A stretch of DNA of 32,000 nucleotides from Phycisphaera mikurensis NBRC 102666 (GCF_000284115.1 NC_017080.1:2940001-2972000); one strand, 5' to 3'; positions 8,517 to 18,295 are shown, counted from the first letter of the stretch. A program made the numbers and translations. The notes: generated from the letters alone by a model not told the origin.

Positions 8517-11359
8517 CGCGTGCGTGCCGGTCCGCGGCCATCGCCCTCGTGCTCCACCTCGCCGCGGGCGTAGCGTTCGCGGAGCCGGCGTGGGCCGCCG
8601 CTCTTGAAGCCCGCGCCGCCACGCTCGACGCGCCCGGCTTCACCGCCGCGGTCCTCCGCGGCGGCGACCTCGCCACCCACGCGGGGGGCTTCCGCGACGA
8701 GGGCGAGACGGAAGCGATGCGGCCGGGCGATCGCTTCCGCCTCGCCAGCGTCACGAAGCTCTACCTCGCCGCGGCCGTGCTGCAGCTCGTGGACGAGGGG
8801 AAGCTGGACCTCAACGAGACCATCGACCGCTACGTCGGCGGCGTGCCCCACGGCGACGCCATCACCCTGCGGATGCTCGGCCGCCACGAGAGCGGGCTCG
8901 ACGACGCGATCCGCCAGATGCCGTTCCACCGGGCCCTCGCGGCCGAGCCCGGCCGGGCCTGGCCCGCGGGCGAGCTGCTCCGCTACGCGCTTGAGCCCGG
9001 CCCCCGCTCGGCCCCCGGCGAGGCCTGGCACTACAGCAACGCGAACTCGATCCTGCTGGGCCTCGCGGTCGAGCGTGCGACCGGCAGGAGCTGGCAAGAC
9101 CACGTCCGCACGCGGATCCTGGCGCCGCTGGGGCTCACGCGGACCGGCTTCGACGCCGGGCCCGTCGACCCCCGCGGCTACCGCTACGGCAAGCCCGACG
9201 ACCCGGTCGGCTACGGCACGGACTGGTTCGACGCCACCGGCTGGTCCGCCGGCTGGACCGGCGCCGCCGGCTCGATGACCGGCGACGCCGCCGACACGGC
9301 CCGCTTCCTCGCCGCCCTCTTCGGCGGCGACCTGCTCTCCGAGGACGGCCGGGCCGAGCTCATCGACTTCGCGCGCACCGGCGACAGCGGCTTCTTCTAC
9401 GGCTTCCACTGCCACCGCGTGGGCGTTTCCGGCAGCGACGCGGTCGGCTTCGGCCACCACGGCGACGTTCCCGGCTACAGCAGCAGCGCCGTGTGGCTGC
9501 CAGAGAGCCGCACCGCATTCGTCGTGCTCGCCAACCTCTCCGCCGAGCTGGACAAGCAGACCACCGCGACGAAGCTCGGCGAAGCGGCGTTGCCGACGCT
9601 GGCCCGCCCGGGCGGCGCCGCGGACCGCGGCGTTCCCGCCGCGCTGGAAGCCGCGGTCCGCGGCATCGTCGGGGGCTCGGCCGTCCGCCGCGCCGCCGTG
9701 GTCGTGGTGGAGGACGGCCGCGCGAGCGAGCCGCTCGGAGCGGGTTCCGCCGACGGTTCTGGCCGATTCCGGGCCGGCTCCGTCTCCAAGCTGCTCACCG
9801 CCCTGCTCGCCCTCCGCGCGGAAGAGGCCGGCGTGCTCTCGCTGGACACCGCCGTGCTCGACCTGCTGCCGGGCAGCCTCGAGGGGCCCGGCGCCGAGCG
9901 CGTCACCCTCGCCCACCTGCTCGAGCACACCGCCGGCCTGCCCGGCAGCTCCCCCGCCGAGTACGCGGCCGACGCGCCCGGGCTCGACCCGCTCGACTAC
10001 GTCCGGGAGCGGGCTCCCCTCCGGCTTCGCTGGGCGCCCGGCCTGCACCACAGCTACGCCAACGCCGGCGTCACGGTCGCCGCCGCCATGGTCGAGGCCG
10101 CTTGGGGCGCCGGCTTCGACGCGCTCATGCGTCGAGAGGTGCTCGGCCCGCTGGGCATGGCCGACACCGACTTCGCCGGGGCGGGAGCGGTCGACGCGCC
10201 CCCGAGCTTCGCCGCCGACGGGCAGCGGGTGATGCCGCCCTGGCGGATGCCCGTCCGCCCCGCCGGGTCCGTCGTCACCACCGCCGCCGACCTGGGCCGC
10301 CTCCTCGAGGCCCTTCTCGCCGACGACGGCTCCTTCCTCTCGCCCGCCGCGCTCGTCCGGCTGCACGAAGGCCGCACCTCGCCGGTCGCCCGGGCCGGCG
10401 GAGGCGCCGGGGTCTACGGCCTCGGCAACTTCCCGTACATCGCCAACGGCCGGTCGCTCCGCGGCCACTGGGGCCGGACCGAGGGCTACCAGGCCTCCGT
10501 CGCCTACCTGCCCGGTCCGCCCGGGGTCTCCGGCGGTGGCCGCGGCTACGTGCTGCTCGTCGACACCGCCGACCGTGCCGCGGTGTCGCGGCTCCGGTCC
10601 GCGCTGGACGGCCACGCCACCCGCGGCCTGCCCGCCGCCGCGCCCGCCGCTTCCGTGGGCCCCGCCCCCGACGCGGTCGCCGGCCTCTACGAGAACGCCT
10701 CCCACGACAGCGTTCAGCGTGCCTGGCTGTTCGCCCTCCTCGACGCCCGCCGCCTCACCCCCACGCCCGACGGCCTTGCCGTCGCTCCCGCTCTTGGCGG
10801 TCCACCGACCGCCTGGACGCAGACCGCCCCCGGGCTCTACCGCGCCGACGGCCTCGCCGTCGCCAGCGGCGCGACGTTCCAGGCCGGCGGCGACGCCTTC
10901 TGGGCCGACGGCGAGAGCTACCGCCGCGTGTCCGCGTGGTCCTGGTGGGGCCGCTGGACCGCCCTCGCGTCCGGCCTGCTCGCCGCCGCCGCCGCGCCTC
11001 TGCTCTGGCTGCTCGTCGTGCTCGTGCCCCCGCTCCGCTCCGCGTTGCTCCTTCCGGCCACCGCGCTCGGGCTCGCGGGCCTTGCGCTGCTCGTCCTCGT
11101 CGGCGGCTTCGTCGGCTTCCACCTCGGCGGCGACCTGTCGACGATCGCCCGCCTCGGCCGCGTCGGCCCCGCCTCCCTCACCCTCCTCGCCGCCAGCGTC
11201 CTCGCTCCCCTCGCGCTGGCCGCCGGCCTGCTCGGCCTCGCCCCGCGGTATCGGAGCCGGGCCGCCTGGGCCCTCGCCGCGGGCCTCGCGCTGCCGATGG
11301 CCGCCGCGGTCGTTCTGCTCTGGTCCTCCGGGATGATCCCCTGCGTCAGCTGGGCCTGA
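8513..11359 (+). CDS. Exported serine hydrolase with two beta-lactamase/DD-peptidase-fold domains and C-terminal TM segments
   Basis: GTG start at 8513 overlapping the upstream TGA. Domain 1: LASVTKLY (SxxK), WHYSNANS (YxN), [12 protein letters not shown]. Domain 2: [14 protein letters not shown] (SxxK), HSYANAG (YxN), [19 protein letters not shown]-terminus has hydrophobic helices. Confidence 0.87.
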   Translation: MTRACRSAAIALVLHLAAGVAFAEPAWAAALEARAATLDAPGFTAAVLRGGDLATHAGGFRDEGETEAMRPGDRFRLASVTKLYLAAAVLQLVDEGKLDLNETIDRYVGGVPHGDAITLRMLGRHESGLDDAIRQMPFHRALAAEPGRAWPAGELLRYALEPGPRSAPGEAWHYSNANSILLGLAVERATGRSWQDHVRTRILAPLGLTRTGFDAGPVDPRGYRYGKPDDPVGYGTDWFDATGWSAGWTGAAGSMTGDAADTARFLAALFGGDLLSEDGRAELIDFARTGDSGFFYGFHCHRVGVSGSDAVGFGHHGDVPGYSSSAVWLPESRTAFVVLANLSAELDKQTTATKLGEAALPTLARPGGAADRGVPAALEAAVRGIVGGSAVRRAAVVVVEDGRASEPLGAGSADGSGRFRAGSVSKLLTALLALRAEEAGVLSLDTAVLDLLPGSLEGPGAERVTLAHLLEHTAGLPGSSPAEYAADAPGLDPLDYVRERAPLRLRWAPGLHHSYANAGVTVAAAMVEAAWGAGFDALMRREVLGPLGMADTDFAGAGAVDAPPSFAADGQRVMPPWRMPVRPAGSVVTTAADLGRLLEALLADDGSFLSPAALVRLHEGRTSPVARAGGGAGVYGLGNFPYIANGRSLRGHWGRTEGYQASVAYLPGPPGVSGGGRGYVLLVDTADRAAVSRLRSALDGHATRGLPAAAPAASVGPAPDAVAGLYENASHDSVQRAWLFALLDARRLTPTPDGLAVAPALGGPPTAWTQTAPGLYRADGLAVASGATFQAGGDAFWADGESYRRVSAWSWWGRWTALASGLLAAAAAPLLWLLVVLVPPLRSALLLPATALGLAGLALLVLVGGFVGFHLGGDLSTIARLGRVGPASLTLLAASVLAPLALAAGLLGLAPRYRSRAAWALAAGLALPMAAAVVLLWSSGMIPCVSWA

Positions 11360-11465
11360 TCCTCACGCCGGGCGACGCCGCCGGGGGCGGCGAGCGACGC
11401 GCTGGGCCTCCGGCCGACGGAGCTTTGGAACCGCGGGAGTTCCCGAGGTGGGGTAACGTCGGGCC

Positions 11466-12248
11466 ATGTGGAAGCGAACCCGGACGATCGCGTCGGCGCT
11501 GGCGCTGGCGGCCGCAGCCGCGGGTCCCGCGGCGGCGCTGGAGGCGATCGGCTCCCGGCTGGAGGCGCTGCGGGACCCCGGCGTCGCGCACGCGCAGCCC
11601 GCCGGCGTCGACGCCGACGGCGCGCGGGCCTGGGCGCTGGGGCCGGTCGCGGGCTTCCGCGGCGAGGTGACGACCTGGAACGGCGTGCCGCACGTGTGCG
11701 TGCTGGACGCCGAGGGCCGGCCCTTCACCCTGCCGCCGGACGAGGGGGGACGCCGGCCGGTCGGCTTCCTCGTCCGCGCGATGGCGGCTCCGTCCGACTG
11801 GCCGAGCCCGCACCGCGAGGCCGGCCGCACGCGTGACCTCGCCGGCCTCGCCCGGCTGGTGGAGGCCGCCGCGGACGCGTCGGGCGTGGACCTCGACGCC
11901 GAGGGCGTGGCCTTCCGCTTGGAGGGCCGGGCGGAGGAGGTGACGTACCACGTCATCTGGCGGCCGGACGGCGAGCGGCCCCTGGCCGAGGGCGAGCACC
12001 CGGGCGTCCTGCACCGGGAGCGGAAGATCCGCTTCACGCGGAAGGACGTGCCCGTGCGGCTGGTCGGCGTGTACGCGCGCCCGCTGGAGGGCACCCACAC
12101 CCACCCGGGCAACCCGCTGCACGTCCACGCGATCCTGCCCCACGCCGATCACCCCGGCTCCTTCGTGCCGGTGCGAACCGTGGGCGGGCACGTCGAGGCG
12201 ATCCTCCTCGGCGGCATCGACGCCTTCAGCGTCACCACCGGGCGCTGA
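11466..12248 (+). CDS. Exported protein resembling alpha-acetolactate decarboxylase (AlsD/BudA) family
   Basis: Signal peptide; FRGEVTTWNGVPHVCVLDAEG, VRLVGVYARPLEGTHTHPGNPLHVHAILPH..VRTVGGHVEAILL. The HxH...GGH arrangement matches the three-His metal site expected of this family. Confidence 0.55.
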   Translation: MWKRTRTIASALALAAAAAGPAAALEAIGSRLEALRDPGVAHAQPAGVDADGARAWALGPVAGFRGEVTTWNGVPHVCVLDAEGRPFTLPPDEGGRRPVGFLVRAMAAPSDWPSPHREAGRTRDLAGLARLVEAAADASGVDLDAEGVAFRLEGRAEEVTYHVIWRPDGERPLAEGEHPGVLHRERKIRFTRKDVPVRLVGVYARPLEGTHTHPGNPLHVHAILPHADHPGSFVPVRTVGGHVEAILLGGIDAFSVTTGR

Positions 12249-12333
12249 AGCCGGGGCCCGGACGGCGGTGGGAGGGCCCGGAAGCCGCGGCATCCACCGC
12301 CGGCGGGCCTTCCCGGCCTACCGTGCGGGTTGC

Positions 12334-12756
12334 ATGCGTCACGCCCTCCCCTGCGTTCTCGCCCTCGGCCTCGTGGCCCCGCTGGGGGGCTGTGCCGGCT
12401 CCGCGGCAAACACGGTCGAGCCCGGCTTCTCCCGCACGGAGGCCAAGGAGGAGCTGATCGACAAGGCCGTCGTCGATCCGGGCCTCGCCAGCCGCGTGAG
12501 CGTCGAGAGCGTGCAGGTGGCCCGAGACCTGCGGCTGCGGCGGGTGGCGGCGAACCTGCGGAACCGCACGCGCGACGCGAGCTTCTTCCAGTACCGCTAC
12601 CGCTGGTTCGACAAGAACGGCATCCAGATCGACACGCCGCTGGACGCGTGGCAGACCGCCCACGTGCTCGGCGGCGACACCGGCCAGCTCGTCGGGATCG
12701 CGCCCAACGCCGAGGCGGTCGACTGGTCTCTTTCCATCCGCGGAGACGGAAACTGA
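12334..12756 (+). CDS. YcfL-like (DUF1425) lipoprotein
   Basis: Lipobox APLGGCAG; LRLRRVAANLRNRTRDASFFQYRYRWFDKNGIQIDTPLDAWQTAHVLGGDTGQLVGIAPNAEAVDWSLSIR. Confidence 0.82.
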   Translation: MRHALPCVLALGLVAPLGGCAGSAANTVEPGFSRTEAKEELIDKAVVDPGLASRVSVESVQVARDLRLRRVAANLRNRTRDASFFQYRYRWFDKNGIQIDTPLDAWQTAHVLGGDTGQLVGIAPNAEAVDWSLSIRGDGN

Positions 12757-13430
12757 TGCGACGCTTTCCCCTGCCCTCCCCGCGGACCGTCGGCCTCGGA
12801 CGCGATCCCGCCCCGCGGTCCGCGGCGGTCTGCGCCATCGCCGCCGCCCTCCTCGTCGCGTCCTGCGGGCCGGCGTCGCAGCGGATCGACCCGCGCGGCG
12901 ACCGACAGGTGCAGGGCGAGACGGCGACGTTCGCGCAGTTCAGCGACGCGGCCAGCGAGATGCTCGGCAAGATGCTGCGGTCGGACTTCCTCGACCGCGA
13001 GGCCTACCGGCCGCACCCGGTGCGCATGGTCGTGTCGGACATCGAGAACAAGACCGACACGCTGCCGCCGACGGAGCTGATGCTGTCGCGGATCCGCGAA
13101 GGCCTGCTCAACAGCGGCAAGGTCGTGTACGTGAGCACGCTGGGCAGCGACGGCACCGACCGCTTCACCACCGAGGCGCCCGGGCAGCTGCTCGACGGCC
13201 GCCCGAACTTCCGCGACGACACGCTCCCCGAGGCCGGGCAATTCGAGGCCCCGCGCCTGTCGCTGCGGACGCAGGTGCTCTGGTACGCGCAGGTCGGCAA
13301 CCAGGCGCGGCAGAGCACCTACGTGGTGCGGATGTTCGTCTCGGACGTCCAGCGGGGCGTGACGATCTGGGAGTCCACGAGCGACCCGATCGCGATCCGG
13401 ACCGAGCGTGGCCGCGGCGTGGGGCTGTAG
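12756..13430 (+). CDS. LpoB-like penicillin-binding-protein-activator family lipoprotein
   Basis: Lipobox VASCGPAS; VRMVVSDIENKTDTLPPTELMLSRIREGLLNSGKVVYVS...LSLRTQVLWYAQVGNQARQSTYVVRMFVSDVQRGVTIWESTSDPIA. Start overlaps the ycfL-like stop (TGATG). Confidence 0.82.
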   Translation: MRRFPLPSPRTVGLGRDPAPRSAAVCAIAAALLVASCGPASQRIDPRGDRQVQGETATFAQFSDAASEMLGKMLRSDFLDREAYRPHPVRMVVSDIENKTDTLPPTELMLSRIREGLLNSGKVVYVSTLGSDGTDRFTTEAPGQLLDGRPNFRDDTLPEAGQFEAPRLSLRTQVLWYAQVGNQARQSTYVVRMFVSDVQRGVTIWESTSDPIAIRTERGRGVGL

Positions 13431-13463
13431 GCCGCGCCTCCGCCTGGCGGCGTGGAGCCCGGG

Positions 13464-14375
13464 TCAACCCTCCGCGGGCGGGAGCGGCACGCCGGCGAGG
13501 GCGACGACGCGGTCCATCAGCTGGTTGCGACGCACGGCCTTCGAGAGGTCGACGGGCAGCAGCACGCCGTGGCTGTGGTCGCTGGCGAGGATGATGCCGT
13601 TGTCGCACAGCGGCTCGGTCCCGAAGTCCGCGGGCTGGTGGCCGAGGAGGAAGACGTCGACGCCCCAGGCGTCGGCGAGCTCCTCGGTGACCTTCTTGTT
13701 CTGGTAGCGGCCCCAAACCATCTCGTAGGCGGAGCCGCGGGGCTCGAGGTCGTCCATCTCCAGCTCGCGGTCGAGGATGCCCTTGTCGAAGCGCTCGATC
13801 GCCCGCGGGGCGGGCAGCGAGTGGGCGACGAGCACGCCCAGCGCCCCGCGCACGCAGAGGGGCATCGCGCGGACGTAGGCGTTGATCGCCTCGCGGACCT
13901 CGCCGGCGCGGTCCTGGTAGAGGAACTCGACGCCGTCGTCGAAGGCCTCGACCACGGAGGCGCCCTGCTTGACGATGCCCTCGCCGAGCAGCTGGGCGAG
14001 CTCGTGGTTGGACAGCAGCACGTGGACGTGCTCGGGGAACCTCGCTTTGAGGGCGGCGACGCGGGCGAGCATCCGCACGGAAAGGTCTTCCCCGTTGAAG
14101 CTGGCCTCGCCGTGGATGACCTCGTGCAGCACGAGGTGCGGCAGGTCGGGGTCCTCCGGCGAGGCGGTGTCCAGGCCGGCGAAGCGGACGATCCGCCGGA
14201 AGTTGTTCATGTCGTCGTGCAGGTCGCCGGTGACGAGGAGCCGGCCGGTGTCGCCGAGGTGGATGGTGGAGCCGCGGCGCTTCGGGTCGCGGCGGCAGGC
14301 CTCGGCCGCGGCGTGGAAGACGTCGATGACCGCGTCGGCGTTGGAGAGGTCGAGTCCGGGGTCCGCGGGGTCCAT
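13464..14375 (-). CDS. Calcineurin-like metallophosphoesterase
   Basis: LLVTGDLHDDMNNFRRIVR (GDxH), HVLLSNHELAQL (NHE), IILASDHSHGVLLPVD. Confidence 0.85.
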   Translation of the reverse strand: MDPADPGLDLSNADAVIDVFHAAAEACRRDPKRRGSTIHLGDTGRLLVTGDLHDDMNNFRRIVRFAGLDTASPEDPDLPHLVLHEVIHGEASFNGEDLSVRMLARVAALKARFPEHVHVLLSNHELAQLLGEGIVKQGASVVEAFDDGVEFLYQDRAGEVREAINAYVRAMPLCVRGALGVLVAHSLPAPRAIERFDKGILDRELEMDDLEPRGSAYEMVWGRYQNKKVTEELADAWGVDVFLLGHQPADFGTEPLCDNGIILASDHSHGVLLPVDLSKAVRRNQLMDRVVALAGVPLPPAEG

Positions 14376-14442
14376 GCCGGCAGACTATGAACCCGCCGCG
14401 GGCCGCCGGAAACGCGCTCCGGGCCGCCCGCCGACCAATGCA

Positions 14443-15102
14443 ATGGCCCCGCGTCGGCCGCGTTGCCCCTCCGACCGCCTCTCCTGCGCCTTGCTCCGCC
14501 CCCCCGCCGACCCCCGACGCGACTGGCCGCTCCTCGTGGAGCGGGCCCGGACGGGCGACGCCGCGGCCTGGTCGGCGATCGTCGACGGGATGGGCCCGCG
14601 GGTCATGGGCCTGATGGTGGCCCGCACCCGCGACCGAGAGCTCGCCGAGGAGCTGACCGCGGCGACCTTCGCGAAGCTCGTGGAGGTGCTGACCGACCCG
14701 ACCGCCAAGGCCACGTACACGGAGAGCGGACGCTTCGAGGCCTGGCTCTTGCGCATCGCCATGAACAAGCTCCGCGACGAGATGCGGAGGCGGAAGAAGG
14801 CGGGGCCGGGTTCCCAAGCGGACGACGAGGGCGGCGACCCGCTCGACCGGTTCGCCGGGGACGCTGCGGAAGCGTGCGAACTCGCCGAAGTCGCGGAGTC
14901 CCTCGCCGGGCTCCGTGCCGCCGTGGCGACGCTGCCCGACGCCGACCGCGAGGTGCTGCACCTCCGCCACACCGCCGGATTGACCTTCCCGGAGATCGCC
15001 GCCCGGCTCGCCCAGCCACTGGGCACGGTGCTGGCCCGGGCCCACCGCGCCCACAAGAAGCTCGCCCGCCTGCTGACCGCTCCGCACCCCCTCGCCCGCT
15101 GA
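14443..15102 (+). CDS. ECF-type RNA polymerase sigma factor
   Basis: Region 2 WSAIVDGMGPRVMGLMVARTRDRELAEELTAATFAKL; region 4 LPDADREVLHLRHTAGLTFPEIAARLAQPLGTVLARAHRAHKKLARLL. Start chosen at MAPRRP; uncertain. Confidence 0.85.
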   Translation: MAPRRPRCPSDRLSCALLRPPADPRRDWPLLVERARTGDAAAWSAIVDGMGPRVMGLMVARTRDRELAEELTAATFAKLVEVLTDPTAKATYTESGRFEAWLLRIAMNKLRDEMRRRKKAGPGSQADDEGGDPLDRFAGDAAEACELAEVAESLAGLRAAVATLPDADREVLHLRHTAGLTFPEIAARLAQPLGTVLARAHRAHKKLARLLTAPHPLAR

Positions 15103-15110
15103 GGCCCGTC

Positions 15111-15734
15111 ATGCTCCCGCAACGCCTCGATCACGCCGGCCGACCGCCCGACCCCGCCGCCGAGGCCCGCCTCGACGTCGCGCTCGCGCCGGCCCCGCTG
15201 GACCCGGCCTTCCGCCGCCGGCTGCTGGCCCTGCACGCGCCGCTGGCCGCGCAGAGCCCCGGCGCGGCCCCCACCGTCGCCGGCCGCATCGGCCCACGCG
15301 GGCCCCGCTCGGTCGCCGCCGCGCTGGCCGCGACGCTGGCGGCGGCGGCGGTGGCGGCGATCGTCATCGCGCCGTGGGGGGCGCTGCCGGGCGAAGCGCC
15401 GAGCGGGGCGACCGCCCCGGCGGGGACCTCGCCGCTCGCGGCCGCCGACGCCGCGCCCGGGCCCGAGCCCGATGCGCGGGAGCCCGCCTCGCCCGGGCTC
15501 TCCGGGCTGCCCGGGCTGCGGGCGCTGGCCGACGCCGCCGCGGCCAGCGGCCTGCAGCCGGCCCACGGCGGGGACGCCGCAGACCCGGCGGCCACAGCGG
15601 CCCCGGGGACCGCCGAGCACCGGCTGGCGGAGCTCGAAGCGGCCGCCGGCGATCCCTGGGCCCGCTCCGCCTGGGCCGCCGCCGAAGCCGACGCGCTCTT
15701 CGCCGACGGCCCGTCCTCCACGACCCTCTTCTAG
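15111..15734 (+). CDS. Single-pass membrane protein, putative anti-sigma factor by position
   Basis: ATG 8 bp after the sigma stop; short cytoplasmic-like N-terminus, one TM segment (SVAAALAATLAAAAVAAIVIAPWGAL), Ala/Pro-rich exterior. No HxxxCxxC zinc motif. Confidence 0.6.
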   Translation: MLPQRLDHAGRPPDPAAEARLDVALAPAPLDPAFRRRLLALHAPLAAQSPGAAPTVAGRIGPRGPRSVAAALAATLAAAAVAAIVIAPWGALPGEAPSGATAPAGTSPLAAADAAPGPEPDAREPASPGLSGLPGLRALADAAAASGLQPAHGGDAADPAATAAPGTAEHRLAELEAAAGDPWARSAWAAAEADALFADGPSSTTLF

Positions 15735-15759
15735 ATCCACCCCCTCCGAGGCTCCCGCC

Positions 15760-16497
15760 ATGCATGCTCTCTTTCACGCCCGCCCGCTGCCCGCCGCGCT
15801 GCTGGCCGCCGCGCTCGCCGCCGCCCCGCCCGCCCTCGCCCAGCCCGATCCGCCGCCGCCGCCGCGACAGGCGGATCAAGACCGCGGCCACGGGCAGCAC
15901 CACGATCGCGAGGGGCGGCGTGGCGACGCCGGTCACCGCGGGAGGGAGGGGCGCCACGGCGGCGGCGGCGAGGAAGACCACCGCCGCCCCTCGCGCGAGG
16001 AGATGGCCGCCGTGCTCCGCGACATCGACCCCGCGCTCGCCGAGCGGGTGGCCGACCGCGAGGCCCGCGGCGGCCCCGGGGGGTTGGCCGGCCGCCCGGG
16101 CCGGGGCGTCGTCGCCGCCGACGGCATCCGCACGCTGTTCCCGCAGATTGCGCGCCTCACCCGGCTCAAGCAGGTCGACCCCGCGCTCTACGACCTCCGC
16201 GTCCGCGACATCCGCTTCGAGCGCGACACCGAGCGGATCGTCGCCGAGGGCCGGCGGCTCCGCGGCGACCCGACGATCGAGGACGCCGACGACCGGCTGG
16301 AGGACCTCCACGACGAGCTCGAGGAGAAGGTCGAGGCGCACTTCGAACTCCGCCAGGAGATCCGCGCCGCCGAGCTGGAGCGGCTGGAGAAGCGGCTGGA
16401 GCAACTCGAGGAGGACCTCAAGCGGCGGCAGGACGACAAGGACGCGCTGATCGCCCAGCGCCTGGCCAAGCTCCGCGGCGACGACGGCGGCTGGTGA
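15760..16497 (+). CDS. Exported protein with His/Gly/Asp-rich segment and C-terminal charged coiled coil
   Basis: Signal peptide ALLAAALAAAPPALAQ; DRGHGQHHDREGRRGDAGHRGREGRHGGGGEEDHRR; C-terminal long charged helix ELERLEKRLEQLEEDLKRRQDDKDALIAQRL. Confidence 0.7.
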   Translation: MHALFHARPLPAALLAAALAAAPPALAQPDPPPPPRQADQDRGHGQHHDREGRRGDAGHRGREGRHGGGGEEDHRRPSREEMAAVLRDIDPALAERVADREARGGPGGLAGRPGRGVVAADGIRTLFPQIARLTRLKQVDPALYDLRVRDIRFERDTERIVAEGRRLRGDPTIEDADDRLEDLHDELEEKVEAHFELRQEIRAAELERLEKRLEQLEEDLKRRQDDKDALIAQRLAKLRGDDGGW

Positions 16498-16638
16498 TCG
16501 GCTCGGCGCCCGGGGTCCGGCGTCTCCGGGGAGAAGATTCTTCCTTCACCCCGCTCCGGGCGGAGGCGCGGCGATTTGCGGGCAGCGAGACGCGGCCGGC
16601 TGCGCCGTCGACCGGCCGGAGAACGACGCAGCGTCCGC

Positions 16639-16653
16639 GTCCGCTCCGCGGAC
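16639..16653. terminator. Candidate hairpin in convergent intergenic region
   Basis: gtccgc-tcc-gcggac perfect 6-bp stem between stops at 16497 (+) and 16835 (-); no U-tract. Confidence 0.25.
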
Positions 16654-16834
16654 CGGGAGACGTTGAAGCCGATGGGGAGCGCGGTCCGCGGCTGATCCGG
16701 ATCGGCCCGAGGCCCCTCCCCCCGGCTCGGCCGGGGTCCCGGGCGGCGTGACGCTCAGGGAGCTGGACCGTGCCAACCACGGCTGCTGCTGAAGCGGAGC
16801 AGCGCGCCCACCGGGTTCGCCGAAGCCGATCCGC

Positions 16835-18295
16835 TTACCGGGCGGGGCGCGGCTCGATGATCTCGAAGGCGCGGAAGTCGGCCTCGAGCCCGACCACGTG
16901 CAGGTGGAAGACGAGGCGGCGGGGGGTGGGGTTGGCGGGGAGGTCCAGCAGCGTCCGGCCGTCGAGGACGACGGTCCGGCGGCCGCCGCGGCGGGAGAGG
17001 TGGAGGTGGTGCTCGGCGGTCCCGTCGAAGAAGGACGCGGCGATCGGCTCGTAGTGGCCCCAGCCGTGCAGCAGGGTCACCTCGCGCTCGCCGTCGCTGA
17101 AGGCCTGGAAGTTCGCGCCCAGCACGGACGTCTCGCCGCCGAAGTAGGCCGGCCCGTCGGGCTCGGGGGTCGTCTCGTAGTCGCTCACGTTGATGAGCAT
17201 CGACGAGGGCCACCGCTCGCTGGGGGGGCCGGTGAGGCGGACGGTGAAGCTGGCGTGGAGGTCGAAGTCGCCGAAGGGCTCGTTGCGGGTGAGGAAGGCC
17301 TGCTTGTAGAAGGCGGGCCGCTGGCTGATGAGCAGCGGGCGGTTCTCCACGATCAGGTCGTCGTGGGTGTGGAAGTCGGCGCCCCAGGGCCACTCCGCCG
17401 CCCCGTGCAGCATCGGGTTCACGACGCGGGCCGGGCCGGCGGGCTCCGCCGCGGCGGGGGGCGCGGCGGCCCCGGGGGGCGAGGCCGGGCCGCCGGACCG
17501 CAGGAACGCGGCCTGGGCCGGCCAGCGGGGGAGGCGGGCGAAGGGGAAGAAGCCCGGCCGCCGCTCCACGAGGTCGACGAGGTCGCCGGTGCGCCCGCTG
17601 GCGAGGAAGAAGCGGTACCGGTCGAGCGGGCCGGGCAGGTGGAGCTGGTTCTGGTGGTCGGTGCGCTCGGGCAGCGTCGCGAGCAGCTCGCCCGCGCGGT
17701 CGAGCTCGCCGAGCCCGGCCGCGACGCGGAAGGCCAGCCCGCGAAAGACCGGGTCGTCCGGGCAGCCCGCGGCCCGCACCGCCTCCAGCCGCCGGGCCGC
17801 CTCGCCGGGGTCGCGCCGCTCCAGGGCCCACGCGGCGTCGAGGAGCGCGCCGTTCCAGGCCTCGTCGCGGGCCATCGCGCGGCTGACGGCCAGCGCCAGG
17901 CGCGCCGGCCGGGTGCGGAGCGAGACCCCGATCAGGCCGTCGCCGAAAGCGTGCTCGCGGGTCCGTCCCTCCGCGTCCGCGAAGGCGATGCGGTCGCCGC
18001 CCTCCCGGCCCCGGAGGGGGGTGAGCTGCGGGTACCGCAGCACCGACTCGCCGTTGATGGCGACGATCACCTCCCCGGCCCGGACCCCCGCGGCCCGGGC
18101 CGCGCCGTCCGGAGCCACGGCCAGGACGTCGACCCCGGCGACGGGGCCCGCGTCGGCGTCGAGCTCCTGGAGCGTTGGCGTCAACGCGGGTTGCCCGTGG
18201 GCAACCCACGCGCACGCGCAGGCCAGCGCGACCCAACAGGACGCAGGGACGACGCCGGGGGCGCTCCGGGGTCGGCGAGCGCGGAAGAGCTTCAT
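16835..18295 (-). CDS. Exported PDZ-domain protein with C-terminal beta-rich domain
   Basis: Signal peptide; GVDVLAVAPDGAARAAGVRAGEVIVAINGESVLRYPQLTPLR (PDZ); C-terminal FGDFDLHASFTVRL..LINVSDYE..GPAYFGGE..HLHLSRRGGRRTVVLDGRTLLDLPA resembles a sandwich fold. ATG overlaps the upstream TGA (ATGA, 18292-18295). Confidence 0.75.
   Translation of the reverse strand: MKLFRARRPRSAPGVVPASCWVALACACAWVAHGQPALTPTLQELDADAGPVAGVDVLAVAPDGAARAAGVRAGEVIVAINGESVLRYPQLTPLRGREGGDRIAFADAEGRTREHAFGDGLIGVSLRTRPARLALAVSRAMARDEAWNGALLDAAWALERRDPGEAARRLEAVRAAGCPDDPVFRGLAFRVAAGLGELDRAGELLATLPERTDHQNQLHLPGPLDRYRFFLASGRTGDLVDLVERRPGFFPFARLPRWPAQAAFLRSGGPASPPGAAAPPAAAEPAGPARVVNPMLHGAAEWPWGADFHTHDDLIVENRPLLISQRPAFYKQAFLTRNEPFGDFDLHASFTVRLTGPPSERWPSSMLINVSDYETTPEPDGPAYFGGETSVLGANFQAFSDGEREVTLLHGWGHYEPIAASFFDGTAEHHLHLSRRGGRRTVVLDGRTLLDLPANPTPRRLVFHLHVVGLEADFRAFEIIEPRPAR

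Noticed and set aside
15111-15734. Canonical zinc anti-sigma (ZAS) domain
   Set aside because: No HxxxCxxC motif in the N-terminus; only genomic position and single-TM topology support an anti-sigma role.
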